Source: Terriglobia bacterium (GTDB taxonomy: Bacteria > Acidobacteriota > Terriglobia > 20CM-2-55-15). Taken from it: DNA of 64,000 nt. Below are positions 31,606 through 43,358 of the stretch, piece after piece. Below the pieces are notes generated by a model. That model did not search any database, had not been told where the DNA came from, and was given only the letters and a program-made list of their open reading frames with translations. The first letter of the stretch is position 1; each line of letters begins with the position of its first letter. The stretch covers positions 570,997 through 634,996 of the forward strand of contig OZ253554.1 in NCBI GenBank assembly GCA_965262675.1, given 5' to 3'. The position numbers and the translations under genes were made by a program.

Positions 31606-32802
31606 ATGACGAAAATCGAGCGCAGCAAACCCACGCCGGAGATCCCCTCCTGCGTCAAGAAGGTAGAACTCGAAGGCCGGCAGATCTACCTCGTCGCCAC
31701 GGCCCACGTCTCGAAGCAGAGCGTTCAGGACGTCCGAGATACCGTCGATGCCGTCAATCCCGACTCGATATGCGTCGAACTCTGCGATTCGCGATACCGC
31801 AACATCATGGATCACGAGCAGTGGAAGCGAACCAACATCTTCAAGATCATCCGCGAGAAGAAGGCCATGCTTCTCCTGAGCTCCCTCATCATGAGTTCGT
31901 TCCAGCGCCGCATCGCGCAGCAACTCGGCGTCACTCCGGGCGCAGAAATGGTCGAAGGAATCCGGCTGGCGGAGAAGCGGCAGGCAGCCTTGGTGCTGGC
32001 CGACCGCGACATTCAGATCACTTTGCGCCGGACCTGGGGCAATCTGGGGTTCTGGAGCAAGCTCAATATGATGGGGCACCTCATGATGAGCCTGTTCTTC
32101 GTTGGCAAGATCGACGCGGAAACCGTCGAGGAGATCAAGCAGGAGGAACAGCTTGCGGACGTGCTGGGGATGATGGCCAAGGAATTTCCCACCGTCAAAG
32201 GTACATTGATCGATGAACGAGATGTCTACCTGTCGCAGAAGATCCGCAGCGCCGAAGGCAAGACTGTTGTCGCGATCTTGGGCGCAGGCCACGTTCCCGG
32301 CATCCTGCAGGAGATCCAGAAGGACACACAGTTGGGGCCCCTTGAACGGCAACCCAAGCCCTCGTTCTGGCCGCAGCTCCTCAAGTGGGGCATTCCTGCA
32401 GCGATCGTCGGACTGCTTGTTTACGGTTTCTTCAAAGGCGGAGCACAGCACTCGATGGAGTCGATGGCCATCTGGGTGCTGGTCAACGGCACGTTCTCCG
32501 CACTCGGTGCACTCCTTGCACTGGCGCATCCGTTGACCATTCTCACCGCCTTCGTGGCGGCGCCGCTCACCAGCCTGAACCCGATGATCGCCGCCGGTTG
32601 GGTCTCGGGGCTGGTGCAAGCGGTCCTAAAGAAGCCGACGGTTGAGGACCTAGAGAATCTGTCCGAGGAGATCACCACGGTCAAGGGTTTCTGGACCAAC
32701 CCGGTGAGTCGCATTTTGCTGGTCGTCGTGCTCTCGAACCTGGGAAGCACGCTCGGGACGATCATCGGAGGAAGCTGGATTGTCGGTCGCTCGCTGGGCT
32801 AG
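31606..32802 (+). CDS. TraB/GumN (PrgY-like) family protein
   Basis: Motifs ATAHVS, CVELC, PGAEM, LADRDIQITLRR, LIDERD and GAGHVPGI; C-terminal TM region with APLTSLNP. Confidence 0.92.
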   Translation: MTKIERSKPTPEIPSCVKKVELEGRQIYLVATAHVSKQSVQDVRDTVDAVNPDSICVELCDSRYRNIMDHEQWKRTNIFKIIREKKAMLLLSSLIMSSFQRRIAQQLGVTPGAEMVEGIRLAEKRQAALVLADRDIQITLRRTWGNLGFWSKLNMMGHLMMSLFFVGKIDAETVEEIKQEEQLADVLGMMAKEFPTVKGTLIDERDVYLSQKIRSAEGKTVVAILGAGHVPGILQEIQKDTQLGPLERQPKPSFWPQLLKWGIPAAIVGLLVYGFFKGGAQHSMESMAIWVLVNGTFSALGALLALAHPLTILTAFVAAPLTSLNPMIAAGWVSGLVQAVLKKPTVEDLENLSEEITTVKGFWTNPVSRILLVVVLSNLGSTLGTIIGGSWIVGRSLG

Positions 32803-32821
32803 TGGATTATGACAGTCCGCT

Positions 32822-32949
32822 GCGGATAAGTAGAATAAGCGGGCTTCGCAGTACAGGGACTGGCAAGACGCACGACCGGAATGTCGCCGTTGCGGTGTTA
32901 TGTTGAGCCGGAGGGCGCCAGGACGGGAGAATCACGACAAAAGATCGTT
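32822..32949 (+). repeat. 281-bp junction element, right-truncated copy (128 bp)
   Basis: Runs from GCGGATAAGTAGAATAAGCGGG to ACAAAAGATCGTT, then unrelated sequence. Confidence 0.95.
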
Positions 32950-33060
32950 GAATTCTTCGATCGCGAAATCTATGGCCGAGTTCCCGAGGGCACACCGGAC
33001 GTCGACTGGGACAACACGGCGACGGCGCGCACGGAAATCGGAGAGGTTCCCGTCATCCAG
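32942..33060 (+). pseudogene. Short internal fragment resembling a CE15/acetylxylan-esterase-like protein
   Basis: IVEFFDREIYGRVPEGTPDVDW...EIGEVPVI; no start and no continuation. Confidence 0.5.
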
Positions 33061-33065
33061 CCTCG

Positions 33066-34688
33066 ATGTTCGGCCGTGCCGACGAGAGCGTCGTCAACAG
33101 CAACACGATCGGCTATGCCATCTGTCCCGCGTCGGGATGCGCGAGCGTGGCGGATGCCGACGACGGACCCGATCCGGAATCCCGTGCCGTGGCCATGAAG
33201 TACGCCCTCGCCGGGTTCGGCCGCGCCGTGGGCGGCAACGTGATCGAGATGGTCGGACAACGCGGCGCCATGAGGGACATCGAACTCGTCGAATCGTACG
33301 TTGCGGTCGGCGGATGGAGGCTGGATCTGGACACGCTCGGCTTCGGCGAAGGCGATGGCGGAGGGTTGTCCGGCTGGGTCACCAGCGCCTTGGACTTCGT
33401 CGGCATCGATCTCGACAGCGATCAGGGCCTGTTCTGGGAGGCCGCGCAGGCGGCGGGGATATCGTCCGGCCGGCTGAATCTGAATCTATTGCCGGACGTG
33501 GGCGATCTGCTGCGCGGCAGTTCATTCGAGATGCCGTTCGGCGGCGGGAGCAACGGCGCCCCGAGCCGATAGACGCTGTGGGGCGTGGGCGGCGACATGT
33601 CCGCGTTTTCGGGTCGGCCCGAGGACCGGTTCTCGATGGACGGCGAGGTGTTCGCTGGTCATCTGGGTCTGGATTACCGCGTCAACGATACCCTGCTGGC
33701 GGGGACCATCGTCAGCCACAGCGGCGGGGAGGTGGACTATCGCTTCAGCGGACCTGCCGGCGACGACGGCGGGGTCCGCATGGACCTCACCAGTGCGCAT
33801 CCGTATGTGCACTGGGAACCCATGTCCGGGCTCAGCGTCTGGAGTTCGGTAGGCTTCGGCCGCGGCAGCGCCACACTTGCGGACGACAAGGGCGAGGCCG
33901 AGACCGGCATTGCCATGCGCATGTTCGCCGCGGGTTCGCGTCGGGAACTCATGTCGGTGGGTCGCATCGACCTGGCTGTCAAAGCCGATGCGTTCCTGAT
34001 CCAGATGCAGTCCGATGAGCATGAGTACCTGCCCGGCGTGGGCGCGGACACTTCGAGGCTACGACTGGCGCTCGAAGGCAGCCGAAGCTTCGCGTTCGCA
34101 AACGGATCCTCGCTGACCGGAAGCCTCGAGCTCGGCGGTCTCGCGGACGGAGGCGATGCCGAAACAGGCGCCGGTGCCGAGTTGGGTATGGGCATCGCCT
34201 ACAGGCATCCGGCCGGATTGGACATCCATGCCCGTGGCCATGTCCTGCTTGCCCATGAGGACAGCGAGTTTGAGCAATGGGGTGCCGGCCTGACGGTCAA
34301 CTTCGACTGGGGGGCGCAAGGCGAGGGCCTGTTCTTCGCGTTCGCGCCGACCTGGGGCACCCCATCCACCGGAGCGGAGGGCATGTGGAGCAGTACGCGG
34401 GCGGCGCAAGCCTTGCTTGCCACCGGTGGAGCGGAACTCGGTATGAACCTGGACACGCGGGTCGGCTACGGGATGAACCTGTCCAACGGCAAAGGCCTGC
34501 TGACGCTGTTCAGCGAGATGGGCAAGCCGAATGGCGGACCGGCGCACTTGCGTGTGGGAACTCAACTCGGGCGGCTCCAAACCAAGGGGTCGCAGCTGAC
34601 TCTCGAGCTTTATGGCGAGCGCATCAGCCCCATTCTGGACGAAGAACCGGCGTACGGAATCGTGCTCAACGCTGGCGGACGCTTCTGA
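33066..34688 (+). pseudogene. Autotransporter beta-barrel fragment with in-frame TAG
   Basis: ALAGFGRAVG, R*TLWG (TAG at 33570, probably from TGG), LGLDYR, HPYVHW, RLRLALEGSR and DGGDAETGAGAELG, ending in F. The passenger domain is missing. Confidence 0.8.
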
Positions 34689-34880
34689 TCGATCTCTCAA
34701 GGAACTGCTGCATCTCCTTCGCGGCAATTCCCACTCGGCTCCGCTCTGGGAAGCCGCCGTTCGCCGTAGCTTAAGCAACGTCGACCCCGGTTGCGGGGAA
34801 AGAGTAGACGGCGACTGGTCGCTTGGGCGTAGAATCCCGGAAACACCAGGAGCACTGGACATCCAGGAGGAGATCGGAAA

Positions 34881-36077
34881 TTGATTGCGAAAGTTATCAC
34901 GGGCGTGTCGGCGCTTGCGTTGACAACAACACTTCTGTCTACGCCGGCAGTGCAGGCGCAGGTAACAGCCGAACTGCAGCAGACAATCGAGGCGCGGCAG
35001 CCACCGCCGGGTATAGAGCCGCTGCCGGTCGATCTCTTCACGACCGGGGACTTCTACCTCGATTCCGAGTACTGGGAGGATCCGCGCTACACGCGGTGCA
35101 ACTCGCCAGAGCGAATCGGCGATATGTGGGTTGACAATACCGTTGGCGAGTGGGGGGACTGCGAAAACGGGCTCTCGGTGGAAGAGTTGATGAGTTCGTA
35201 TCCGTACAAGACAGCGGAAGAGCACTACAACGCGCTGATGGCGGAAGCGACAGCGAATGGCGGACCGACGATCTACGATCGCGACAACCCGCCGCCGGCC
35301 TGGGACGGCTACTACAATTCCCGCACGCGCCAGCAAGAGCAGTGGACCTTCGGAAACAACGTCCAGTCCGGGACGTTGATGCAGATGCTGACGCCGGAAT
35401 ATCAGCAGCGGTTTACCCAGTCGCTCTATCACGTTGCGATCAGCAACTCGCCGCAGTGGATGTCATCGACCTGCTACCCGGAAGGCATGATCCGCTGGTG
35501 GGCCCAGGGCATTCGCGACATCCAGGTCTCGGTGACCCAACACCACGTGCAACTCCTCTCCGGCACGGCGATGAACATACTCCGTCAGATCCTCATTGGT
35601 CAGGAGCACAAAACCCTGATCTCGCAGTGGTACGGGGAGTCGGTCGCCTTCTGGGACGAGGAGACGCTCGTCGTGTGGACGGACAACGTGCAAGGCTGGT
35701 GGATGTCCCACGCGTTGCCTGAGTTCAGCAGTGACTTCGAGGCGATTGAGATCTACACGCGTGACGAGGAACGCAACATCCACCTCGAAGTCACCCTGTA
35801 TGACCCGGTGGCATACGTCACTCCGATGCGCCTCGATGTGATCTACACCTATCGCGACGGACCCGATTCCGACGTGCGCTATCAGTGGAAAGAGTGCCAG
35901 CGGAACCTCTGGAACATCGACGGTCGACTTCAGCCGGTGAGGGCCGGTACCGTCATCGAATTCCACATCCCCGACTGGTACGACCGGCCATGGGCGCGGG
36001 TCTGGGAGGAATATTTCGAGGAGGGCATGGCGCGTCCCGAGGTTGAGAACGATATATTCGATTTTTCCAGGAACTAG
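34881..36077 (+). CDS. Conserved hypothetical secreted protein (homolog of 45179-46549)
   Basis: Signal peptide; [20 protein letters not shown]...[24 protein letters not shown] and C-terminal DIFDF are shared with 45179-46549. Confidence 0.8.
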   Translation: MIAKVITGVSALALTTTLLSTPAVQAQVTAELQQTIEARQPPPGIEPLPVDLFTTGDFYLDSEYWEDPRYTRCNSPERIGDMWVDNTVGEWGDCENGLSVEELMSSYPYKTAEEHYNALMAEATANGGPTIYDRDNPPPAWDGYYNSRTRQQEQWTFGNNVQSGTLMQMLTPEYQQRFTQSLYHVAISNSPQWMSSTCYPEGMIRWWAQGIRDIQVSVTQHHVQLLSGTAMNILRQILIGQEHKTLISQWYGESVAFWDEETLVVWTDNVQGWWMSHALPEFSSDFEAIEIYTRDEERNIHLEVTLYDPVAYVTPMRLDVIYTYRDGPDSDVRYQWKECQRNLWNIDGRLQPVRAGTVIEFHIPDWYDRPWARVWEEYFEEGMARPEVENDIFDFSRN

Positions 36078-36164
36078 CCGCCCAGGTTGACCGCTACCTG
36101 CACGGTGCTGGCGCGCGACGCGATCCGCCTATACTTCGAAGTAGTCAAATAGAGGGGAGACGAT

Positions 36165-37709
36165 ATGGATGGCAGGACTTTGCAGCTGAGCCCGTCACGC
36201 GGTTCGAAGCTTCTGATTGCGGTGGCCGTGTGTCTCACCGTTTCTCAGGTGTCCGCCCAGAGTGATGACGCCGCCCGTGACCTGCTCTTGCGCGCTGCCG
36301 AAGCGATGGGCGGTCATGATCGCCTGCGGCAACTCGATAATCTCGTCATGACGGGCTTCGGGCAGCGCTATGCCGCCAACGGTATGCTCAGTGCTGACCC
36401 GAAAGCGCCGCCCAAGTGGGTCGTCGTCGCGGATGCCGAGCGTATTTTCGATCTGCGCAACGAAAGAGCGCTCAATCGGGAACGAAATGACAACATGTTT
36501 CCGTTCGCGGCCCGATTCGGCCATGCGATGAACCGGTCGAACCAGCTCCAGACCGGCGCGACGATGCTCGATCATCCGCTGCCTGCGGTGCTCGAGGCGC
36601 TCGACGAGGAAACAACGCTCGGGTCTGTTCAGGTCGAGGACGGCATAGCCGTGGTCGAGTTTACGATCGAGGACGGCACGACCCTGTGGATCGGGATCGA
36701 CACGCAGACCGATCTGCCTTACTGGACGCGCCGGATCACGGGGGACACGACACTCGGCGATCTGACTCGTACGACCTGGTTCACCGGTTACCTGCCGCAT
36801 GACGGTGTCTGGCTGCCGACCGGCATCATGGAGGAGATCGATTGGCGCGATCAGACGACGCTGATGTTTCAGGTCGATTCCTACCGTCTCGACGTCGCCG
36901 AGTTGCCCGAGTTCCCGGAGCCTTCGCTTTCGCCGCCGCCTCAAGAGCCCAACGTCGTCGTCACAGCGATAAGTGATGGCGTATGGGACGTCGCCGTCTT
37001 GCGCGGTGAACGGCGTGACGGCGGTGCCGTCATCGAGTTCAGCGATCATCTGGTGATGTTCGAGCCCTATGGCAGCGAAGCGGCCACGCTTGCGCGTATC
37101 GATGCGGCGAATCGGCTCGTCACAGGCAAGGAAGTCACAGCCGTTGTCGTCAGCCATCATCATGCGGACCACGCGGGAGGTGTGCGCGCTGTCGCCTCGC
37201 GCGGCATCACGATCATTGGGCAGCGCAGGACACGGGCATTGTTCGAAGAGTGGGTCGCGCGTCCGGCAGTGCTGTTTCCCGATGAACTGGCCGCCAATCC
37301 GCAACCTTTGAAATTCCAGGCCGTCGACGAGCATCTCGTGCTTGAAGACTCGATGCGGCGTCTCGATGTTTATCACGTTGTTGGCCACATGCACATGTCG
37401 GATGCGCTGTTCGCCTACCTGCCCGAAGAGCGCATCATCATGGAAGGCGACTTCACGGACGAGTCCTGGGACTTCAACTGGTGGGCAGGTGCGATGCAGG
37501 CCAACATCGATCGCTATGATCTCGACCCGGAACTGGACATACCGGTTCATGGTTCGGTTGCGACCGTCGAGGAGAAGCTCGCAAGAACGGCGGAACAGGT
37601 CGCCAATGCCCAGGCGTTTTGCGCCTCGCTCGCAGAAAATGGCAGGCACCTGCTCGGTTGTCCCGTTCAACACTCGACGGGAGGGCCGCAAGTTTTGCGA
37701 CCTCGATAA
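36165..37709 (+). CDS. Secreted protein with C-terminal metallo-beta-lactamase fold
   Basis: Signal peptide; motifs SHHHADHAGG, HMSD, EGD and PVHG. Confidence 0.82.
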   Translation: MDGRTLQLSPSRGSKLLIAVAVCLTVSQVSAQSDDAARDLLLRAAEAMGGHDRLRQLDNLVMTGFGQRYAANGMLSADPKAPPKWVVVADAERIFDLRNERALNRERNDNMFPFAARFGHAMNRSNQLQTGATMLDHPLPAVLEALDEETTLGSVQVEDGIAVVEFTIEDGTTLWIGIDTQTDLPYWTRRITGDTTLGDLTRTTWFTGYLPHDGVWLPTGIMEEIDWRDQTTLMFQVDSYRLDVAELPEFPEPSLSPPPQEPNVVVTAISDGVWDVAVLRGERRDGGAVIEFSDHLVMFEPYGSEAATLARIDAANRLVTGKEVTAVVVSHHHADHAGGVRAVASRGITIIGQRRTRALFEEWVARPAVLFPDELAANPQPLKFQAVDEHLVLEDSMRRLDVYHVVGHMHMSDALFAYLPEERIIMEGDFTDESWDFNWWAGAMQANIDRYDLDPELDIPVHGSVATVEEKLARTAEQVANAQAFCASLAENGRHLLGCPVQHSTGGPQVLRPR

Positions 37710-37976
37710 ATCGCCGCGCTCGCCGAGCGTGTGGCCCGCCTGAAGGGCGTTCGATCTGATCTAGTCAATCGGCTTGCGCGTCAGCGATAACTTCGCCTGC
37801 GAAAATCTCTGCGAACCTCAGGCCTCGTTACCGCCGAATAAGAAAACCAATTGATGGGTTACGCGGCCGCTCCCCGGTACACACTTCAATGTCGTGCGCC
37901 ATAACGGGCGCCGGCTCGATCAACGACATGCCGACGGCCGCGAGCAACGCGGCCGTGAAGTAACGGCGATCCCGAT

Positions 37977-38360
37977 TCATGGGATCGGCGAGCCGTCTTC
38001 CCGTCTCAGGCCGCCCCGGACGAGGATGCCGTGGTAGTCCTCGGCCCGCGCCGGGTTGCCGCGGACGATGATGACCTCGCCGGGCGAAAACGTGTCGGGC
38101 GTATAGCCCTGCCGGCGCAGGGGGCCGGCCGCCGAGCCGCCGAAGCTGACGTCCCATTCCTCCAACGCGCCGTTCTCGCCCTCGACCTCGACGATCAGGA
38201 ACGGATGCGGGTTGACCAGCCGCCATTCCTTGACGACGGCCGTGATCTCCACGGTCTGGTCCTCGTGATAGATGTTGTTCGTGCTGTGGTGGGCCGATGC
38301 CGGCGCCGCGAGGAACCCCAAGCTCACACCGGCCAGGGCCAACAGCGTAACGAGCCTCAT
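37977..38360 (-). CDS. DUF6152-like secreted protein
   Basis: SAHHS after the signal peptide; VNPH, W and L.RQG...PGE motifs. Confidence 0.78.
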   Translation of the reverse strand: MRLVTLLALAGVSLGFLAAPASAHHSTNNIYHEDQTVEITAVVKEWRLVNPHPFLIVEVEGENGALEEWDVSFGGSAAGPLRRQGYTPDTFSPGEVIIVRGNPARAEDYHGILVRGGLRREDGSPIP

Positions 38361-38369
38361 GTCTGCCTC

Positions 38370-39116
38370 CTACGGTTGAATGCGGACCACATCAGGATCC
38401 TCGGGATAGTCGGTCGGAAGCAGGCGCAGCGTCTGCCGCGCCGCTTCGAGCTGGCAGTCCCAGGGCAGATCCAGCGGCTGGTCGTCGGGCCGGGACCGGA
38501 CGTCGAACACCCAGGGCTCCCGCAGGAAGAATGTGTCCTCGATCGTGACGTGGAGCCTCAACGCGTCGCCCTCGCGGGAATACCGCTCGGTCACGCGTTT
38601 CTGGGTGGACGACGGCAGCTTGAAGTCGCTGTTCAGCCCCGTCGGGTCGAACGTGAACTTGGTGGTCACCACCACCAGCGCGCCGTCCTCGTAGCGCCCC
38701 GTCGCGTATCCGTGGACGAAGTACTGGTTCCCCGCGGGCGCGAGATGGCCGTTGCCCTCCAGCCACACGGTCCTGACGACGTCGTCCTTGCCGTAGGTAA
38801 AGATCACCCGGTCCGGGAGCTGCTCGATCCGGTACGAGTACGGGTCGGTGAACATGTGCGGGATCGTCATCGGCGCGCAGTCGTACTTGGGCGCCGCCAC
38901 CTCGTCGAAAGCGTCCCGGAAGGCGCGCGCCCGAGCCGTCAGCCGCGCGTCGTCGGCCTCGAGCAGCATGCACCCGAAACCCGGTCCGTCGATGCACCGG
39001 CCCCAGGCCCAGATGCCGTTCAGTTCCGGGGCCTGGGCATACGCGGGCGGTCCCGACGCCGCCCATGCCATCGGGATCAGAACAAGCAGGCCAAAGGTCA
39101 CGGCGTTTCGTTTCAC
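38370..39116 (-). CDS. Hypothetical secreted protein (typical DUF6152 neighbour)
   Basis: Signal peptide; LNGIW, YDCAP, HGYATGRYEDGALVVVT, VTERY and TIED. Confidence 0.72.
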   Translation of the reverse strand: MKRNAVTFGLLVLIPMAWAASGPPAYAQAPELNGIWAWGRCIDGPGFGCMLLEADDARLTARARAFRDAFDEVAAPKYDCAPMTIPHMFTDPYSYRIEQLPDRVIFTYGKDDVVRTVWLEGNGHLAPAGNQYFVHGYATGRYEDGALVVVTTKFTFDPTGLNSDFKLPSSTQKRVTERYSREGDALRLHVTIEDTFFLREPWVFDVRSRPDDQPLDLPWDCQLEAARQTLRLLPTDYPEDPDVVRIQP

Positions 39117-39190
39117 GGGTCCCCTCCTCTCGATGTCGTCGGAACACCCCAAAGATATCAGACGCGGCGCTCGTGTGCGGACACATAAAG

Positions 39191-39219
39191 AAAGGGCTTC
39201 CCTTGCGGGAAGCCCTTTT
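39191..39219. terminator. Intrinsic terminator-like hairpin
   Basis: aaagggcttccc-ttgc-gggaagccctttt, downstream of the TonB-dependent receptor fragment. Confidence 0.75.
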
Positions 39220-39246
39220 CGGATCGAAGGCCGGAGGCCGTTCGGA

Positions 39247-41555
39247 TCAGAAGTCGATGCGCGCGTTCAGGGTGAATGTGCGCGCGCCGCCCGCCCCGGT
39301 GATCCGACCGAAGTCTACGGAATTGATGTTCACGTTCGGGTCGTTCCACAGCGGCGTGTTGAGCAGGTTGATCGCGTCGATCCGGAGCGTGAAATCCATG
39401 TTCTCGCAGATCTGGACGGACTTGGACAGCGCGGCGTCGACGCCCAGGCTGCCCGGTCCTTGCAGCCAGGCCGGACCCAGGTTACCCGTGGTCCCCGGCT
39501 TCGGGTTCCGCAGGATGGCATTCCCCGAGCCGTCGACGATCTGAAAGAGCGCGGCGTGTGCTTGCAGCGCATCCGGGTTCGAGCCGTAGTAGTCGGTCAC
39601 CGGCTCCGGTGACCGGGTCAGGCCCGTGAAGTAGCTGATGTCGCCGTCCGTGCCGACCCGAACTTCTCCGAATGACTTCGGCAGCGAGTCGACGCCGCCG
39701 ACCAGGTCGGGCGTGTTGAACACGTCGTTCGCCACGATCGTCTGCAGACCACCCGTGCCCCACAGCGGGTTTCCGGTCACCAGCGACAACGGCGCCCCGG
39801 ACGACCAACTGAAGATCGACGACAACGGCCACCCCTCGATGATGCGGGCCAGCGCCGCCGGAGCGCCCGAGCCGAGCGCGCGGCCGGGTCCGAACGGCAA
39901 CTGCCACACGCCGTGCGCGTTGAACGCGTGCGTGCGGTGGAAGCCGACCGGGCCCTTGTTCAGGTTTCGGTCCCGCGAATCGCGGATCGCGCCGCTCTGA
40001 TCCTCGCGGGCGCGGAACGTCGCCGTTCCGGCGTTCCCGAGAGCCTTGGACCGGGTATAGGTGACTTGGCCGCTGAATCCCGCGGACAGCCGCTTGGTCA
40101 ACTGCGTCTGCAGCGAGTGGTACGTGGAGTGGTCCTGGTTGCCGTAGATGTCCACGTCATCGAACTGCGGGGCAATCACGATGAAGTCTTCCGGATAGTC
40201 GTTGGCGCGAAGCATGCCGCCTCGGACGCCTCCGACGGCGTTGGTCCAGTAGACGAACTCGGCGAACCCGGCCGCCTCGCCATCGGCGAAGAAGTCGTCG
40301 GTCGAGGCCCATTGGCGCAGCGCCGCCGAGGCCGTGCAACCGCCCTGGCCAATGATCTGACTGTCCAACCCCAGGCACGTGCCACCGAAGCCAAGGCCTT
40401 CGAACATGTCTTCGAACAACGGGGCGACCCCGCCGCCGCGTACGATGTTGAACGCGTCGAGGATGCCGTTGTTGAAGATCTCGTACTCGTTCAGCTCACG
40501 CTCGCCCCACAGAGACACGCCCGTGGTCCCGACGTAGGCGACGCTCAGGTTGGTGTCGGGCGCGATCTCGGTCTCGACCGAGAGGTTGAAGTTCTGGATG
40601 TAGCGAATCCGCCGGTCCGGGGCGTAGGCGAAGGCGTCCACGTTCCGGTTGGTCAGCGGCACGGTTCCGAACGGCTCGATCGGGTTCGGCAGAGGGAACT
40701 GCGCCGTGGCGGCGCTGGGGTTCCCGACGATGCCCGGCACTGCGGTGAACACGGTCGGAGTCACGTTGGCGGTATAGGACTTGCCGGGGTTGCGGCCCAG
40801 GCCGAAGTCGTACTGCAGGAACGTCGCCGCTCCCGAGTAGCTGATGCCGTAACCGCCGCGGACCACCGTGGTCCGGTCGAGCCACGGCACGCGGTAGCTA
40901 AAGCCGAAGCTGGGCGCAATGTTGTTCCAGTCCTTCGGGTAGAGACCGAGATCCGTATTCGGGCTGAACCGCCCGACCTGAATGAACCGGACCAGGCTAT
41001 TCGGGTTGTTGGCGCCGCCGTTGATCAACAGCTCCGGGTCTTCGGGCGCCGTGTTCAGACCCTTGGCCTCGTACGGGACGCCGTAGTTGATGGTCAGGTT
41101 CTGCGTGGCGTTCCAGTCGTCCTTGAAGTAGGCCGCCCAGTCGTCCTGGTGATAGTTCAGGTTCTGCTTGGGCGTGACCAGGATGTCGTCGAATCCCCGG
41201 GAGGGATCGTTGACGATATAACCCATCGTCAGGCTGCCGACCGATCCGGACAGGTCGTTCAGGATCTCTTCGGCGGTGCCGGCGTCCGCGCTCGATAACA
41301 ACGGAAACGCCTCATTGCCGGCAATATTGACCTCGAAGTTGCCGTTTCCGATCGCGACGTTCGGCCAGAGGCTGCCGCCGTTCCGGCCGTCCGAGTCGGC
41401 CCAGGCGCCTTCCCAGCCGGCCTGGAACGAATGCGGTCCCACGACCCAACTCACGTTGTCGGAGATCACGTAAAGCGGGCTGTTCTGCGTGCGCGTCGAA
41501 CCCAGGGCCGGAACGGCCATCCACTTGTTGCCGCCGATCGACTCCAGGTTCTGCA
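39247..41555 (-). pseudogene. TonB-dependent receptor (Oar-like), C-terminal part only
   Basis: YFKDDWNAT.NLTINYG, DWNNIAPSFGFSY, STYHSLQ and GARTFTLNARIDF. The signal peptide and plug domain are absent; the frame is cut at about 41555. Confidence 0.85.
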
Positions 41556-41558
41556 GCG

Positions 41559-41831
41559 GATAGCGCCGCGTTGGCGGTGGACTGCGACGGAGGGCTCGGG
41601 TTGACGGTCGGACCGGCGGTGATGGACCTCGCCATTGAACGGGCGGGCCAGTATGGCGTCGGCGTCGCCGTGGCTTTCAACGGGGGCCACTACGGGGCGG
41701 CGGCATATTTCGCGCATCGTGCGCTCGACAAGGGAATGATCGGCATATCGATGACCTCGGGCGGCGTCTCGGGTGTGCCGACAGGGGGCGCGGAACCCTT
41801 GCCAGGCCTGAACCCCATCGCCATCGCAGCG
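41559..41831 (+). pseudogene. Internal fragment of an Ldh_2-family (malate/L-lactate/ureidoglycolate) oxidoreductase
   Basis: VDCDGGLG...AMDLAIERA-like...NGGHYGAAAYF...GMIGISMT...GLNPIAIAA, cut at both ends. Confidence 0.85.
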
Positions 41832-41877
41832 GATAAGTAAAATAAGCGGGGTTCGCAGTACAGGGACTGGGAAGACG
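41829..41877 (+). repeat. 281-bp junction element, right-truncated copy (49 bp)
   Basis: GCGGATAAGTAAAATAAGCGGGGTTCGCAGTACAGGGACTGGGAAGACG, 2 mismatches to the consensus. Confidence 0.93.
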
Positions 41878-41887
41878 GAGACGATTC

Positions 41888-42922
41888 ATGAACATCGTTC
41901 AACGGGGAATCGCTCGTATCGCCGGGATCGAGTATCGGTCTGGCTACACGGATCTGATTGTCTCGGGCCTGATCGCGCAAGCGGAAGGTTCGGCGGTTCC
42001 GAACGTCGCGGGCGTCGCTGCGGTCGAGACGGCGGCCGGTTTGTATTCACGATGTTTCGCCACTGCGGGCGTGGGCGCATCCGAACCGATCCTCCGTCTA
42101 CTGAGACCGGCAATCCTCGGGCAGATCGGGCGCGAGTTGATCGCGAATGGAGAATCGGTCTGGCTGTTGACGGCTGCGGACAGCCTCGAACTGGTTCCGG
42201 CCTATCAATACGACGCGGCAGGTTCCGCGTTCTCTTGGCGGTATTCGTCGGTCTCGGTGAATGGACCCAGTAACACCACCACCCGGCGCAACGTGGATCA
42301 GGACGAGGTTCTGCACGCGCGGTATTCGACCGACGCGCGAGAGCCTTGGCGCGGGATCGGGCCGTACCAGAGCGCCCGGATAACTTCTCGTATTCAGTCG
42401 CTACTGGAAAGCGCCCTCGGGGATGAATCATCCGGAACAAGCGGCCATTTGTTGCCAGTACCGAAACAATCGGGGCTCAAAGAAGACCTCAAGAAGCTGA
42501 AGGGCCAACTCGCGACGGTCGAACATGCGCAGAGTGCAAGCTACGGCACTTCCCTTGAGCGCGGCGCGTCGGGATCGCTCCGGCCGATTCGACTCGGGGC
42601 CGATCCGCCGATGGCGTTGGTGAACCTTCAAGAAAAGATCCACTCGGAGTTGCTGGCCGTCGCTGGCCTACCGACCGCGCTATTCGATTCGGACGCGAGC
42701 GCTGCGGCCAGCCGTGAAGCATTCAGGGCGTTCCTGAGTACATCACTGAAACCGCTGGGCGTTTTGGTCTCGGGCGAGCTATCGCGGCTGTTCGAGGAGG
42801 ACGTAACGCTGGCATTCGATGAAATCGCCGGGTCCGACCTGATGGCGCGGTCGCGAGCGCTCGGCAGTTTGGTGACGGCGGGCGTCGAGTTGGCTGAAGC
42901 GAAGAAACTCTGCGGGTTCTGA
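41888..42922 (+). CDS. Phage portal-like protein (HK97-type, divergent)
   Basis: AAVETAAGLYSR, ELIANGES, EVLHARY...WRGIGP, LAVAGLPTALF and FLSTSLKPL follow the layout of a portal protein. Confidence 0.62.
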   Translation: MNIVQRGIARIAGIEYRSGYTDLIVSGLIAQAEGSAVPNVAGVAAVETAAGLYSRCFATAGVGASEPILRLLRPAILGQIGRELIANGESVWLLTAADSLELVPAYQYDAAGSAFSWRYSSVSVNGPSNTTTRRNVDQDEVLHARYSTDAREPWRGIGPYQSARITSRIQSLLESALGDESSGTSGHLLPVPKQSGLKEDLKKLKGQLATVEHAQSASYGTSLERGASGSLRPIRLGADPPMALVNLQEKIHSELLAVAGLPTALFDSDASAAASREAFRAFLSTSLKPLGVLVSGELSRLFEEDVTLAFDEIAGSDLMARSRALGSLVTAGVELAEAKKLCGF

Positions 42923-43070
42923 CAAGGCTTCTCAATCCCCCGTCAACGTTACGACCTCATGTTCTCCTGCCGGTTGGATCTTCACTACCTGCCAAATCGT
43001 CCCCGGCCCGCGCTCTCAGGCCGTGGGTAATCGCCGACCGCCGACAAACTCGACCTTGTCGCGCGTCCTG

Positions 43071-43358
43071 TCAGTCATCGCACAGGAATATCGTATCCGG
43101 GTTTCCCGGAACCAGCGGCCTGCAATTCCGGTTGCACTCGTAGTCCGCGCTGATCCATCCGGCGGCCTGGATCGTTTGGAGCGCCACGACGATGCAAGTC
43201 TCTTCTGATGAAAACTCGCCGATGGTTTGGTGAACGAGGAGATTGCCGCCGTCCGGGTATAAATGTCCGAGCCACGTATCGTGCGAATGCGAACGGAAGT
43301 ACACGACAGCGGCGACGATCGCCACAACGAGGATGGCAATTGTGGTGTTCTTGGTCAT
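43071..43358 (-). CDS. Small exported Cys-containing hypothetical protein
   Basis: N-terminal TM segment; motifs W.G..YP and DYECNRNC. Confidence 0.6.
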   Translation of the reverse strand: MTKNTTIAILVVAIVAAVVYFRSHSHDTWLGHLYPDGGNLLVHQTIGEFSSEETCIVVALQTIQAAGWISADYECNRNCRPLVPGNPDTIFLCDD

